A DNA stretch of 64,000 nt, taken from Alphaproteobacteria bacterium. GTDB taxonomy: Bacteria; Pseudomonadota; Alphaproteobacteria; UBA6615. Under the pieces are notes generated by a model. The model did not search any database, was not told where the DNA came from, and worked only from the letters and a program-made list of their open reading frames with translations. Location: NCBI GenBank assembly GCA_965261975.1, contig CBDHEC010000057.1, positions 153,101 through 217,100 of the forward strand, in the 5' to 3' direction. This document shows, piece by piece, positions 9,210 through 21,594 of the stretch. The translations under genes were made by a program, and so were the position numbers. Position 1 is the stretch's first letter; every line of letters begins with the position of its first letter.

Positions 9210-9894
9210 ATGGAACTCAATCTCAAGGGCAAGACCGCCATCATTTCGGGCGGCAACAAGGGTCTAGGCGCGGCATCCGCGAAGGCGCTCGCGGCCGAGG
9301 GCGCGAATGTCTTCCTGACTGCGCGCAACGCCGACGATCTCCAGGCTACCGGCGACGAGATCACCGCGGCACACGGGGTCGAGGTGAGACAGCTCGCCAT
9401 CGACATCACCGACGAGGGCGCCGGCGAGAAGATCGTCGAGGCGGCCCTCGCGCAGTTCGATCGGATCGACATCCTGGTGAACGCGGCCGGTGCCGCGCGC
9501 GGCGGCGTGTTCCACGATATCGAGGACCAGGTCTGGCGCGCGCGGAAGAAGCCGCGGAACGCGCCCGAGAGGCGGCAGAGCGAGCAGAAGCTGCTGAACG
9601 CGCCCGAGAAGCAGCAGAACGTGCCGAAGCTGCCGAACGCGCCCGAGAAGCCGCAGAACGTGCAGAAGCTGCTGAACGCGCCCGAGAAGCCGCAGAACGC
9701 GCTCAGGAAGCAGCTGAAAAGGCCAAAGAACCCCCTGAACCCGAACCTAAAACACCGATTGGTCCGGGCAAATTGACCTAGGCACCTATCAGTAGGTGGC
9801 GCGCGTGGTGACGTTCCTCGCGTCGGACGCGTCCGGGAACGTCAATGGCACGGTTCTGGCGGTCGACGGCGGAATGACCCGCGGACTGTTCTAG
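9210..9894 (+). pseudogene. SDR family oxidoreductase, interrupted; N-terminal ~110 codons and C-terminal ~32 codons present, catalytic middle replaced
   Basis: N-terminus has SGGNKGLG and DILVNAAG up to DQVWR (~9540). C-terminus VARVVTFLASDASGNVNGTVLAVDGGMTRGLF* reads at 9796-9894. The YxxxK region is missing. Confidence 0.8.
9557..9703 (+). repeat. 39-bp tandem repeat, ~3.7 copies, encoding ERAREAAERAEAA
   Basis: Units start at 9557, 9596, 9635 and 9674 (gaacgcgcccgaga...) and differ mainly at synonymous positions in the E/R/A frame. Confidence 0.9.
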
Positions 9895-11060
9895 GTCGAC
9901 CGGCGCCGCATCAGTTCGTCGAGCCCGACCACCACAAGGCCGATCACCAATCCCCAGAACGCCGAGCCGATCCCGAAAATCGACAGACCCGAGGTCGTGG
10001 CCACAATCGTAACGACCGCGGCAAAGCGTGTCGGCTCCGGCTTCAATGCGGCACCCAGCGCGTTCATGAGCGGCCCGAGCAGCGCCAGGCCGGCCACGGT
10101 AACAATCACGCCCGGCGGTAACGCGGCAAACCCGGCGACCACCGCAACGCCGACGACGGCAAGGGCAAGAAATCCGGCACCGTAGAAAACCCCGGCGATC
10201 CAGCGCTTTGCCGGATCCGGGTGGGTGTCCGGACCCGTGCACAGCGCGGCCGTGATCGAGGACATGGTGGTCGTATGTGCACCCAAGGGTGCCGTCACCA
10301 GCGACATGAACCCCGTGACGGCAAGCGCAGAACGGGTCGGCGGCTCGTAACCCGACGCCCGCAGGACCGCGAAACCCGGCAGATTCTGGGACGCCATCGA
10401 GACCAGGAACAGCGGCACGCCAAGCCCAATCAGCGCTCCCGGCTCAAACACCGGAACGACCAAGGTGAAGGCTGCGAGCGATCCACCGGGCTCGTAAGGC
10501 GTCGTTTTTCCCAGAAGGACGGCCCATGCAATACCAGCCACCAGCACGGCGATCACGGCCCATGTCGGGCTGAACAGGCGCACCACCAGGAATATCCCCA
10601 CGAGCGGTAGAACCAGCAGCGGATCTACAGTCGCCGCATCGAAAACGGCGATCGAAAATCCGATCAGCACGCCGGCAAGCATGGCGGACGCAATCGCCGA
10701 CGGTATCCGGGCGATCAGGGCGGCGAGCGGGCGCAATGTGGCGCTCGCCAATACCAGAATCGCGGTCAGGATAAACGCCCCGACAGCGGCCTCCATGGAG
10801 TAGCTGGGAACCCCGCCGACCGCCGTCGCAGCAATCAAAGCCGCGCCCGGTGTCGACCAAGCCGTAATCATGGGCATGCGATGACGCACCGAGAGCACGA
10901 TGCTCGCCACGCCCGTTCCAAGACAGACCGCCGAGACCCATGATGCAATTTGCCCGGAATCCGCGCCCACCGCTTGCGCGCCAGCGATCACAATCGCGAC
11001 GCTACTGCCGAAGCCGACCAATATGCCGACAAGGGCGGAACTGACGAGTGACGTTTTCAT
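9891..11060 (-). CDS. benE: Benzoate/H+ symporter BenE family transporter
   Basis: AWSTPGAALI, MASQNLPG.AVLRA.GY, AALCTG and GIGSAFWG motifs; multi-pass hydrophobic protein. Confidence 0.85.
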   Translation of the reverse strand: MKTSLVSSALVGILVGFGSSVAIVIAGAQAVGADSGQIASWVSAVCLGTGVASIVLSVRHRMPMITAWSTPGAALIAATAVGGVPSYSMEAAVGAFILTAILVLASATLRPLAALIARIPSAIASAMLAGVLIGFSIAVFDAATVDPLLVLPLVGIFLVVRLFSPTWAVIAVLVAGIAWAVLLGKTTPYEPGGSLAAFTLVVPVFEPGALIGLGVPLFLVSMASQNLPGFAVLRASGYEPPTRSALAVTGFMSLVTAPLGAHTTTMSSITAALCTGPDTHPDPAKRWIAGVFYGAGFLALAVVGVAVVAGFAALPPGVIVTVAGLALLGPLMNALGAALKPEPTRFAAVVTIVATTSGLSIFGIGSAFWGLVIGLVVVGLDELMRRRST

Positions 11061-11155
11061 CGGACTGCTTCGCCCCCAACCGCGACACCATTGCGTTAGA
11101 TCAAAGCTACCCGGGGCGAAGCGAATAGTCTTGTGCGGAAATGGGGGTATCCAAC

Positions 11156-11947
11156 ATGAACGACAGACAAACCGGCCGATATGAGCCGCAGAAGGTGACC
11201 GTCGACGATCTGCTCGAGGTGCTCGGCCAGGGACTGCGGGACTTCAAGGCCGCTCCGGCCTACGGTTTGTTCTTCAGCGGTATCTATACCGTCGGCGGCT
11301 GGATGCTGATCCTGATGCTGATCGAGTTCGATTTGCCATTTCTGGTCTACCCGCTCGCCGCCGGTTTCGCGCTGATCGCGCCATTCATCGCCAGCGGCTT
11401 CTATATCATCAGCAGTGAGCTGGAAAAATCAGAGCCACTGTCCTGGGGCATCGTCCTCGGCACCGTCAAATCCATGTTCGGCCGCGATCTCGGCTGGATG
11501 GCCCTCGTCACGGGTTTCTCCTTGTTCATCTGGATGGACATTGCCGCGCTGCTGTCATTCGGCTTCATGGGCTTCCAGCTGTTCAGCTTCTCCGACCTCA
11601 TCCAGGTCATCTTCACCACACCGGCCGGTTGGGCCTTCCTGGTCATTGGCAACACGGTTGGGGCGCTTATTTCCTTCGCCGTGTTCTCTTACTCGGTGAT
11701 CTCGATCCCGATGCTTTTCGATCGCGACATCGACTTCGTGACGGCCATGATCACAAGCGTGCGGTTTGTGAAACGGAACCCGCGAGTCATGGCGATCTGG
11801 TGCCTCACCATCGCCTTTCTGACGGCCATATCCATATTGTCCGGGTTGATCGGGCTTCTGATCGTATTGCCGGTGCTGGGCCACGCGACCTGGCATCTCT
11901 ATCAGCGCGCGATCACACCGGCGGAGGAAACATCCCCGGCCACGTAA
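11156..11947 (+). CDS. DUF2189 integral membrane protein
   Basis: GF.LIAPF.A.G.Y..S, PML.DRD.DF.TAM.TS and PVLGHATWHLY motifs. Confidence 0.8.
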   Translation: MNDRQTGRYEPQKVTVDDLLEVLGQGLRDFKAAPAYGLFFSGIYTVGGWMLILMLIEFDLPFLVYPLAAGFALIAPFIASGFYIISSELEKSEPLSWGIVLGTVKSMFGRDLGWMALVTGFSLFIWMDIAALLSFGFMGFQLFSFSDLIQVIFTTPAGWAFLVIGNTVGALISFAVFSYSVISIPMLFDRDIDFVTAMITSVRFVKRNPRVMAIWCLTIAFLTAISILSGLIGLLIVLPVLGHATWHLYQRAITPAEETSPAT

Positions 11948-11972
11948 CCCGGCATTCATATCGGAAACGAAA

Positions 11973-12048
<76 letters not shown>

Positions 12049-12126
12049 ACCGTGCGCGTTCAAGCGGCGGCGGATATAGCACCCGCGACACCGGTTGTCG
12101 ATACGCTGGCGCGCGGAACAACCAGG

Positions 12127-13272
12127 TCAGGCCGCGCCGCCGCGCTTGTTGATGTAGGTGTCGCGGTGCAGCCAGCAGCTCATGATCAGGCCGAAACCGA
12201 TCAGCACCGTCAGCATCGCCGTACCGCCATAGGATATCAGCGGCAGGGGCACACCGACGACGGGCAGAATGCCCATCACCATGGCGATGTTTATGAAGAC
12301 ATAGAGGAAGAAGTTCACCGTCAGGCCCATCGCCAGGAGGCGCGCAAAATGGCTGCGGGCGCGGAACGCGATATAGATGCCATAGGCGATGAGCAAGCCG
12401 TAGAGCGCGATCAGCCCGGTCCCGCCGACGAGGCCGAACTCCTCGGCCAGCATCGTGAAGATGAAATCGGTCTGCTTTTCCGGCAGGAAATTCAGATGGC
12501 TCTGGGTGCCGGCCAGGAAGCCCTTGCCGAAAAGGCCGCCCGAGCCGAGCGCGATCTTCGACTGGAGGATGTGGTAGCCCGCGCCGAGCGGATCGGTTTC
12601 CGGGTTGAGAAATGTGAATATGCGTTGTTTTTGATAGCTGTGCAGGAACTGCCAGCCAATCGGCACGGCCGCCGCTGCCGCCGCCGCGACGGTGGCGAAC
12701 TGCCACAAGCGCGCGCCGCCAAGCCAGAACATCGCGGCCCCGACCATCGCCACCAAACCGGCCGTTCCCAGGTCAGGCTGGCGCAACACCAGCGCCATCG
12801 GCGCGGCCACCAGCACGACCGGTATCGCAAGGTTCCTCAGCCGGCCTGCGTCCTCGGCATCCAGTCCATGAAAATAGCGTGCCAACGCCAGCACCACCGC
12901 AATCTTCATGACCTCCGACGGCTGCAGCTGGAAGAACCCCAGATCGAGCCAGCGCTGCGCACCCATCCCGATCGAGCCCATGAGCTCCACCGCTGCCAGA
13001 AGTGCCAGACAGACCGCATAGACCGGAAACGCGGCGCGCAACCAGATGCGGATATCGGTCATCGCGACCGCAAGCATCAACAGAATGCCAACGGCAAATC
13101 GCATGAGCTGGCGCGATGCCCAGGGATCGAAATCACCATTTGCGGCGGAAAACAGCATCGCAAAGCCGATCGACGCCGTCAGCATGATCAACAGGACGAA
13201 CTCCCAGTTCAGATGCAGCAGCTTCTGACGGATGGTGAGTTTGGTCGAGGTGGTGCCGCTAAGACGTGCCAT
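12127..13272 (-). CDS. rodA: Rod shape-determining protein RodA (SEDS glycosyltransferase)
   Basis: GAQRW, QPSE, QPDLGT, FLPEKQTDFIF, PLISYGG; lies after mrdA. Confidence 0.95.
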   Translation of the reverse strand: MARLSGTTSTKLTIRQKLLHLNWEFVLLIMLTASIGFAMLFSAANGDFDPWASRQLMRFAVGILLMLAVAMTDIRIWLRAAFPVYAVCLALLAAVELMGSIGMGAQRWLDLGFFQLQPSEVMKIAVVLALARYFHGLDAEDAGRLRNLAIPVVLVAAPMALVLRQPDLGTAGLVAMVGAAMFWLGGARLWQFATVAAAAAAAVPIGWQFLHSYQKQRIFTFLNPETDPLGAGYHILQSKIALGSGGLFGKGFLAGTQSHLNFLPEKQTDFIFTMLAEEFGLVGGTGLIALYGLLIAYGIYIAFRARSHFARLLAMGLTVNFFLYVFINIAMVMGILPVVGVPLPLISYGGTAMLTVLIGFGLIMSCWLHRDTYINKRGGAA

Positions 13273-13274
13273 GG

Positions 13275-15164
13275 TCAGCCGCCCTGACTACCGGGCGCAC
13301 GCAGGCCCGCCACATTGGCACCCGGGGCCAGCCGTGCCGGGTCGCGCTTCAGGGTTTCCCTCATCACATCGCGCGCAATCGGCGCGGCGACTGCCGAACC
13401 GCCGCCGCCATGCTCGACCACCACCGATATGGCATAGCGCGGCGCCTCAACCGGCCCATAGCCGACAAACAACGCGTGATCGCGATAGCGCCACGGCAGG
13501 TCCTTGTTCTTGATCACACCGCCGTCGCGTTCACGCTGGGTAATACGCCGGACCTGAGCCGTCCCGGTCTTGCCCCCCATCGACATGCCCGGCGTCGTGA
13601 TCCGTGCGGCGTGGGCGGTACCCGCCGGGGCTTCTGTCACGAGGGCCATGGCGTCCATGACCGACTTCAGATGCCGAGGATCAACATCAATCGTTTCGGT
13701 TTCGGCGGGCACGCGTGCGGCCAGCGTATCGCGCGCCACGACATCACGCGCCAAATGGGGGCTGACGACCTTGCCGCCATTGACCATGCGCGCGGTCATG
13801 GTCGCAAGCTGCATGGGCGTGGTGGTGATGAAGCCCTGGCCGATACCGGCGACAAGCGTCTCACCAAGGACCCAGGGCTGACCGATGACGGCGCGCTTCC
13901 ATGCCTTGGTCGGGATCAGCCCGGCCCGCTCGCCGGGCATGTCCATGCCGAGCTTGGTACCCAGGCCGAACTTGCTCGCCATGCGGGCGATGTTGTCGAT
14001 GCCGACCCGCCGCGCGACCTCGTAGAAATACACATCGCAGGATTCCGCAATGCCCCGGTCGAGGTTCACATGACCGTGGCCGTCGCGGCGCCAGCAATGG
14101 AACTTGCCGTCACCGACCTCAAGGAAGCCGGGGCAGAAGTAATTTGTTTCGGGCGTTACCAGTCCCGCCTCAAGCGCGGCCAGCGCGACGATCATCTTGA
14201 AGGTCGAGCCCGGTGCATACTCGCCGGCGAGCGCCTTGTTGCGCAGGGGCGCGCGCTCATTGTCGGCAACCGCGCGCCACTGGGCCGTGCTCAGGCCTTC
14301 GGTGAAGGCATTGGGGTCGAAACTCGGGGTCGATGCCTGAACGATGACCCCGCCGGTCTCTACGTCCATGACGACCACCGACCCGGCCTCATCACCCAGC
14401 CGCTTCATGGCGTCCTGCTGCAGGGCCATGTCGATGGTCAGGACCACATCCTGACCGGGGTCGCCGTCCTGGCGGTCGAGCTCGCGAATAACGCGGCCGA
14501 CGGCGTTCACCTCGAGTTGACTGGCGCCGGCGCTTCCGCGCAGGGGAAGATCGAAAGCCCGTTCGATGCCGCGGCGCCCGACCTTGAATCCCGGCAATTC
14601 GAGCAGCGGATCGCCGGAAAGATCCTGTGGCCGGGGCGAGCCGACATATCCCAGTATGTGGGCACCGGCTTCCCCGTTTGGATAGAAGCGCCACTCCCCC
14701 ACATCGATATCGATGCCCGGCAGATCCGGCGTGTTCACCTCGAGTTGGGCGACATCTTCCCAATCGAGGAATTCGCGAACGGTGACCGGTACGAATTTCT
14801 TGCGCCGGCGAATTTCCTTGAGCACACGCGCCTTCTCGTCCGCGCTGATCGGGATGATCATCGACAGGCGATCCAGAACCGCCGAAACGTCCGGCGCGTT
14901 CTCGGCTTTCAGCAGCACCCGGTAATTCTGCTGGTTGACCGCGATGGGTACACCGAACCGGTCAATGACCCGGCCGCGAGACGGCGGCAGAAGCCGCATG
15001 TTGATCCGGTTCTCCTCGGCCAGCATGTGGTAGCGCTCGGATTCGACCACCTGCAGGTAGTACATCCGGCCGACGAGCGCGGTCAGAAGACTGAACTGGC
15101 CCCCAGCCAAGAGTGCCGCGCGGCGCGTGAACTGCCGCTGACGATCTTTGTCGCGATTGTTCAT
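13275..15164 (-). CDS. mrdA: Penicillin-binding protein 2
   Basis: PGSTFK, SCD and GKTGT motifs; mre operon context. Confidence 0.95.
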   Translation of the reverse strand: MNNRDKDRQRQFTRRAALLAGGQFSLLTALVGRMYYLQVVESERYHMLAEENRINMRLLPPSRGRVIDRFGVPIAVNQQNYRVLLKAENAPDVSAVLDRLSMIIPISADEKARVLKEIRRRKKFVPVTVREFLDWEDVAQLEVNTPDLPGIDIDVGEWRFYPNGEAGAHILGYVGSPRPQDLSGDPLLELPGFKVGRRGIERAFDLPLRGSAGASQLEVNAVGRVIRELDRQDGDPGQDVVLTIDMALQQDAMKRLGDEAGSVVVMDVETGGVIVQASTPSFDPNAFTEGLSTAQWRAVADNERAPLRNKALAGEYAPGSTFKMIVALAALEAGLVTPETNYFCPGFLEVGDGKFHCWRRDGHGHVNLDRGIAESCDVYFYEVARRVGIDNIARMASKFGLGTKLGMDMPGERAGLIPTKAWKRAVIGQPWVLGETLVAGIGQGFITTTPMQLATMTARMVNGGKVVSPHLARDVVARDTLAARVPAETETIDVDPRHLKSVMDAMALVTEAPAGTAHAARITTPGMSMGGKTGTAQVRRITQRERDGGVIKNKDLPWRYRDHALFVGYGPVEAPRYAISVVVEHGGGGSAVAAPIARDVMRETLKRDPARLAPGANVAGLRAPGSQGG

Positions 15165-15685
15165 GACGGCTGCGCCGAGCCGACGAGCCAGCGTTGGCTG
15201 TGCAGCAGCACCCAGGCGATAGCGGGAAAAGTGATGACGGTCAGGAGCATGCCCATCAGCACCACATCGGTGGGCAGGATCGCCCCGCGAAGCACCGATG
15301 CCAGGAACCAGGTCAGGAACGCCGCCACCGGCGTGACGATGGCGAAGCCCGACCAGAAAATCCAGAACGGTTTGCCGACGAGAAAACGGCGCTGGTTGAG
15401 AACGAACCGGTGCGCGAGCAGATAGATCAGGGCCGACAACCCGAACGGTGCGCCGATCAGCGCGTCTTGGAACAGACCCAGTGCGAACACCAGGATCCGG
15501 GGCATCAGGTCAGGGCGGAAGACGACCCAGTAATAGATCGCCATCAACGGCAATGCCGGGGCGATATCGGGAAGGAACGGCAGCGGCACCGGCAGCTGCG
15601 CCAGCAGGATCAGCAGGAGGGTGGTGAGGCCCGGCACGACCCGCCGGGAATAGTCGAGGACGGGGCCGAACGCGGCCGCGTTCAT
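15161..15685 (-). CDS. mreD: Rod shape-determining protein MreD
   Basis: Hydrophobic; IYYW...RPD and GL.QD.L.G.P.G motifs; between mreC and mrdA. Confidence 0.88.
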   Translation of the reverse strand: MNAAAFGPVLDYSRRVVPGLTTLLLILLAQLPVPLPFLPDIAPALPLMAIYYWVVFRPDLMPRILVFALGLFQDALIGAPFGLSALIYLLAHRFVLNQRRFLVGKPFWIFWSGFAIVTPVAAFLTWFLASVLRGAILPTDVVLMGMLLTVITFPAIAWVLLHSQRWLVGSAQPS

Positions 15686-16626
15686 TGGGCCGGCTCTGCG
15701 TCAGCGGCTGGCGCCGCGGACGGCCCTGCCAGGTCGGCCGGCCGCTGCGGGGCCCTCGCGGGAACCTGTTCGGGCGGCGGCAGAATGCCGTTCACGCCAT
15801 AGTCGAGCACCCGCGCCTCGCTCACCTGCGACAACGGCACAGCGGGCTGAATCGTGACCCGCGCTTCGCTCGCCTCGGCGACCACGCCGATCACAAGCCC
15901 AGGCGGAAAGACACCGCCATGGCCCGAGGTGAGCACCCGATCGCCTGCCGAGACCGGTGAGTTCGATGCGAGATAGGTCAGCATCGGCCAGGGTGTGTTG
16001 TCGCCCGTCACAATCACGCGGTCACCGGTGGATTCGACGATCGCGGGAATACGCGAGTTCAGATCGGTCAACAGCAACACGCGCGCCGAGCGGTCGCCCA
16101 CTTCAACGACCCGCCCCACGAGGCCGCCATGGGAGACGACCGCCTGTCCACGCTGCACGAAATGACGCGCACCCGCATTGATCAACAGACTATGAAAGAA
16201 CGCGCCACCGGTATCGGCAACCACCCGCGCGGTTATCGCCCGCGGTGCGGTCCCGGGAATGAAATCAAGCTGAGCGCGCAGGGTCGCGTTTTCGACCTCG
16301 AGTTGTTGCGCCATCAACATCCAGCGCAACAGCCACGCATTCTCCTGACGCAAGCGTTCGTTCTCGGCCCGAACAACAAAGAAGCTCTCGACAGACTGAG
16401 CCACCGACTGGCCCGCCTCGACGGGGCGCGACATGACATCGAGGACCGGTATCGTGGCGTCAACAATCGCGGTCCGCGCGCGTTCCAGCGCACCGGTTTC
16501 CGCCTTGCTGAGGAGCATCAACGCGAAAGCGATCGCCAGCAGCCCCAGAAATGCGAACCTCTGGCCCCAGATGCGGAACGGCACCGCCAAACCGGCAACC
16601 GACATGCTCGCATTTCGTTTCGCCAC
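15682..16626 (-). CDS. mreC: Rod shape-determining protein MreC
   Basis: TM helix plus coiled coil (LRQEN), GLVGRV, SARVLLLTD, TSG.GG.FP.G; exact start uncertain. Confidence 0.92.
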   Translation of the reverse strand: MAKRNASMSVAGLAVPFRIWGQRFAFLGLLAIAFALMLLSKAETGALERARTAIVDATIPVLDVMSRPVEAGQSVAQSVESFFVVRAENERLRQENAWLLRWMLMAQQLEVENATLRAQLDFIPGTAPRAITARVVADTGGAFFHSLLINAGARHFVQRGQAVVSHGGLVGRVVEVGDRSARVLLLTDLNSRIPAIVESTGDRVIVTGDNTPWPMLTYLASNSPVSAGDRVLTSGHGGVFPPGLVIGVVAEASEARVTIQPAVPLSQVSEARVLDYGVNGILPPPEQVPARAPQRPADLAGPSAAPAADAEPAQ

Positions 16627-16673
16627 CAGACTATCCAGTCGTCCAGGTTCTCGCCGTCACCCCGGATGTACGG

Positions 16674-17732
<1,059 letters not shown>

Positions 17733-17794
17733 TTAATTGTTCGACCCCAAAGGAAGGGTCCGGGCGGAGCGCCAGAGCTCCGCCCAGTTACCGA

Positions 17795-19390
17795 CTACGC
17801 CGACAAAGCCGCCGGCGCGGTTTTTTCTCGTTTCACAAGCAGTTTGTTCAGCCCGTGCAGATAGGCCCGCGCGGACGCGACAAGGGTGTCTGCGTCGGCA
17901 CCCTGCCCGTTTACGGTCTTGCCATTCTCGTCGAGACGGACCGTGACTTCGGCCTGAGCGTCCGTCCCGCCCGTCACCGCGTGCACCTGGTAGAGCTGCA
18001 GTTTGGCTTCATGCGGGAACAACTCGCCGATCGCGTTGAACGTCGCGTCGACCGGGCCGTTGCCCTGCGCCGTCGTCTTCACGAGTTCGCCATCGATTTC
18101 GAGCTCAAGATCAGCCTCCTGGGGCCCTTTCGAGCCAGCGCGCACCTGCAGAGATACAAACTTGAGCCGAACATTCTCGTGCTGAATTGTGTCATCAACG
18201 AGAGCAATCAGATCCTCGTCGAAGAGCTCTTTCTTTTTGTCCGCGAGATCCTTGAACCTCTGGAAGGCATCGCGCACGGCGTTGTCGCCCATGTCGCCAT
18301 AGCCGAGGTCCTTGAGCTTCTCACGGAAGGCATGACTGCCCGAATGCTTGCCCATCACCAGATTGGATTCGTTCAAGCCAACCGATTCCGGCGTCATGAT
18401 CTCATAGGTCTCGGCATTCTTGAGTACACCGTCCTGGTGAATTCCCGACTCATGCGCGAATGCATTGGCGCCGACGACCGCCTTGTTCGGCTGCACGTTA
18501 AAACCGGTGATCGTGGAAACGAGATGGCTGGCGCGGGTGATCACGGTCGAATCCGCACCCGTCAGATAGGGCATCGCGTCATGACGCGTGCGCAGGGCCA
18601 TGATGATTTCCTCGAGCGCGCAGTTACCCGCCCGCTCGCCGATACCGTTGATGGTGCATTCGACCTGGCGCGCGCCGGCCCCCACGGCGGCCAGCGAATT
18701 GGCAACCGCGAGCCCGAGATCATTATGGCAATGCACCGAGATCACGGCCTTGTCGATATTCGGCACACGGTTGAAAAGCATCTCGATCAACGCGGCAAAT
18801 TCCTCGGGTACCGCATAACCGACCGTGTCGGGAATGTTGATCGTGGAGGCGCCGGCCCGAATGGCGCTTTCAACTGTCCGGCAAAGAAAATCATGCTCGG
18901 TTCGCGAACCGTCTTCCGGAGACCATTCGACATCGGGGCACAGGTTGCGGGCGTAGCTGACGCTGTCGATGACCGCGTCATACACTTCGTCCGGCTCCAT
19001 CTGGAGCTTGAACTTCATATGCAGCGGACTGGTCGACAGGAACGTATGAATGCGCGGCAGCTCGGCCACCTTGACGGCCTCCCAGGCGCGGTCGATGTCC
19101 TGATGGGCCGCGCGGGCAAGCCCGGCCACAGTCGATCTCTTGATCGTACTGGCGACTTCTCGCACAGCCTCGAAGTCGCCGTTCGATGCAATCGGGAAGC
19201 CGGCTTCGATGATGTCGACCCCGAGCTCTTCGAGAATTTGCGCGACACGCACTTTCTCTTCGAGGTTCATCGAGCAACCCGGCGATTGCTCGCCGTCGCG
19301 CAACGTGGTGTCAAAAATACGAACGTAATTCGGGTCGCTCTTGTCGACCGACGAATCTTTGCCTTGTGTGTTTGTTTCGGTGGCGGTCAT
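17795..19390 (-). CDS. leuA: 2-isopropylmalate synthase
   Basis: FDTTLRDGEQ, HCHNDLGLA, GERAGN, HESGIHQDG and C-terminal GPVDA regulatory domain. Confidence 0.97.
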   Translation of the reverse strand: MTATETNTQGKDSSVDKSDPNYVRIFDTTLRDGEQSPGCSMNLEEKVRVAQILEELGVDIIEAGFPIASNGDFEAVREVASTIKRSTVAGLARAAHQDIDRAWEAVKVAELPRIHTFLSTSPLHMKFKLQMEPDEVYDAVIDSVSYARNLCPDVEWSPEDGSRTEHDFLCRTVESAIRAGASTINIPDTVGYAVPEEFAALIEMLFNRVPNIDKAVISVHCHNDLGLAVANSLAAVGAGARQVECTINGIGERAGNCALEEIIMALRTRHDAMPYLTGADSTVITRASHLVSTITGFNVQPNKAVVGANAFAHESGIHQDGVLKNAETYEIMTPESVGLNESNLVMGKHSGSHAFREKLKDLGYGDMGDNAVRDAFQRFKDLADKKKELFDEDLIALVDDTIQHENVRLKFVSLQVRAGSKGPQEADLELEIDGELVKTTAQGNGPVDATFNAIGELFPHEAKLQLYQVHAVTGGTDAQAEVTVRLDENGKTVNGQGADADTLVASARAYLHGLNKLLVKREKTAPAALSA

Positions 19391-19427
19391 TGGTCCTGCC
19401 TCAAATTCGGTTTGCTGACTTCGGGTG

Positions 19428-19478
19428 AAAAACTCCCCCTGAACAACACAGGCCGTATGGTCTGCTTATGTTCAGGGG
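19428..19478 (-). terminator. Putative leuA attenuator terminator
   Basis: Inverted repeat cccctgaaca (19436-19445) / tgttcagggg (19469-19478), followed on the minus strand by GAGTTTTT; overlaps the leader stop codon. Confidence 0.65.
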
Positions 19479-19552
19479 CACCTAAGTCGCAGGGCCGCAC
19501 TGCCGATAAGAAGCGCGTCGAGATCGAGCGTGTTCAGGCACAGATCAGCCAT
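19472..19552 (-). CDS. Putative leuA leader peptide MADLCLNTLDLDALLIGSAALRLRCP
   Basis: 26-codon ORF with 8 Leu (including tandem CTT CTT) whose TGA lies inside the 5' arm of the hairpin, ~80 nt upstream of leuA. Confidence 0.65.
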   Translation of the reverse strand: MADLCLNTLDLDALLIGSAALRLRCP

Positions 19553-19837
19553 CGGCAAACCGCAAGCGGAATGCGCCGATACATCAACTGCTGTGCGGAC
19601 TTTCGCCACGCCTCGAATCTCCCTAACGGCCCCGGCGGAACCTCGAACCCGAAGAATCGACGCAGGGCAGTTAATAAATGATGAACAATCGGTTCACCAG
19701 AATGCAAAGAAAGTGCCTTAACGCCCTTGTTTTAGAGCGATTTTACGTTCGACCGCAACGATTTTGTTAACCAAACCAGTCGGTTTCGGTCCGCACGCCA
19801 TATTTCGGCGCACGGACCGACCGAATTCCGGACCGAT

Positions 19838-21525
<1,688 letters not shown>

Positions 21526-21594
21526 AACGCGTCACTTTCACTGAATAGTCGTCATACGGAAGCAGCCCTTCGGCCGCCTTATCGATCGTCAGAC

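Noticed and set aside
9557-9703. 39-bp periodic repeat considered as a CRISPR array
   Set aside because: The units are contiguous with no unique spacers, vary at codon third positions, and there are no cas genes; it is a coding tandem repeat.
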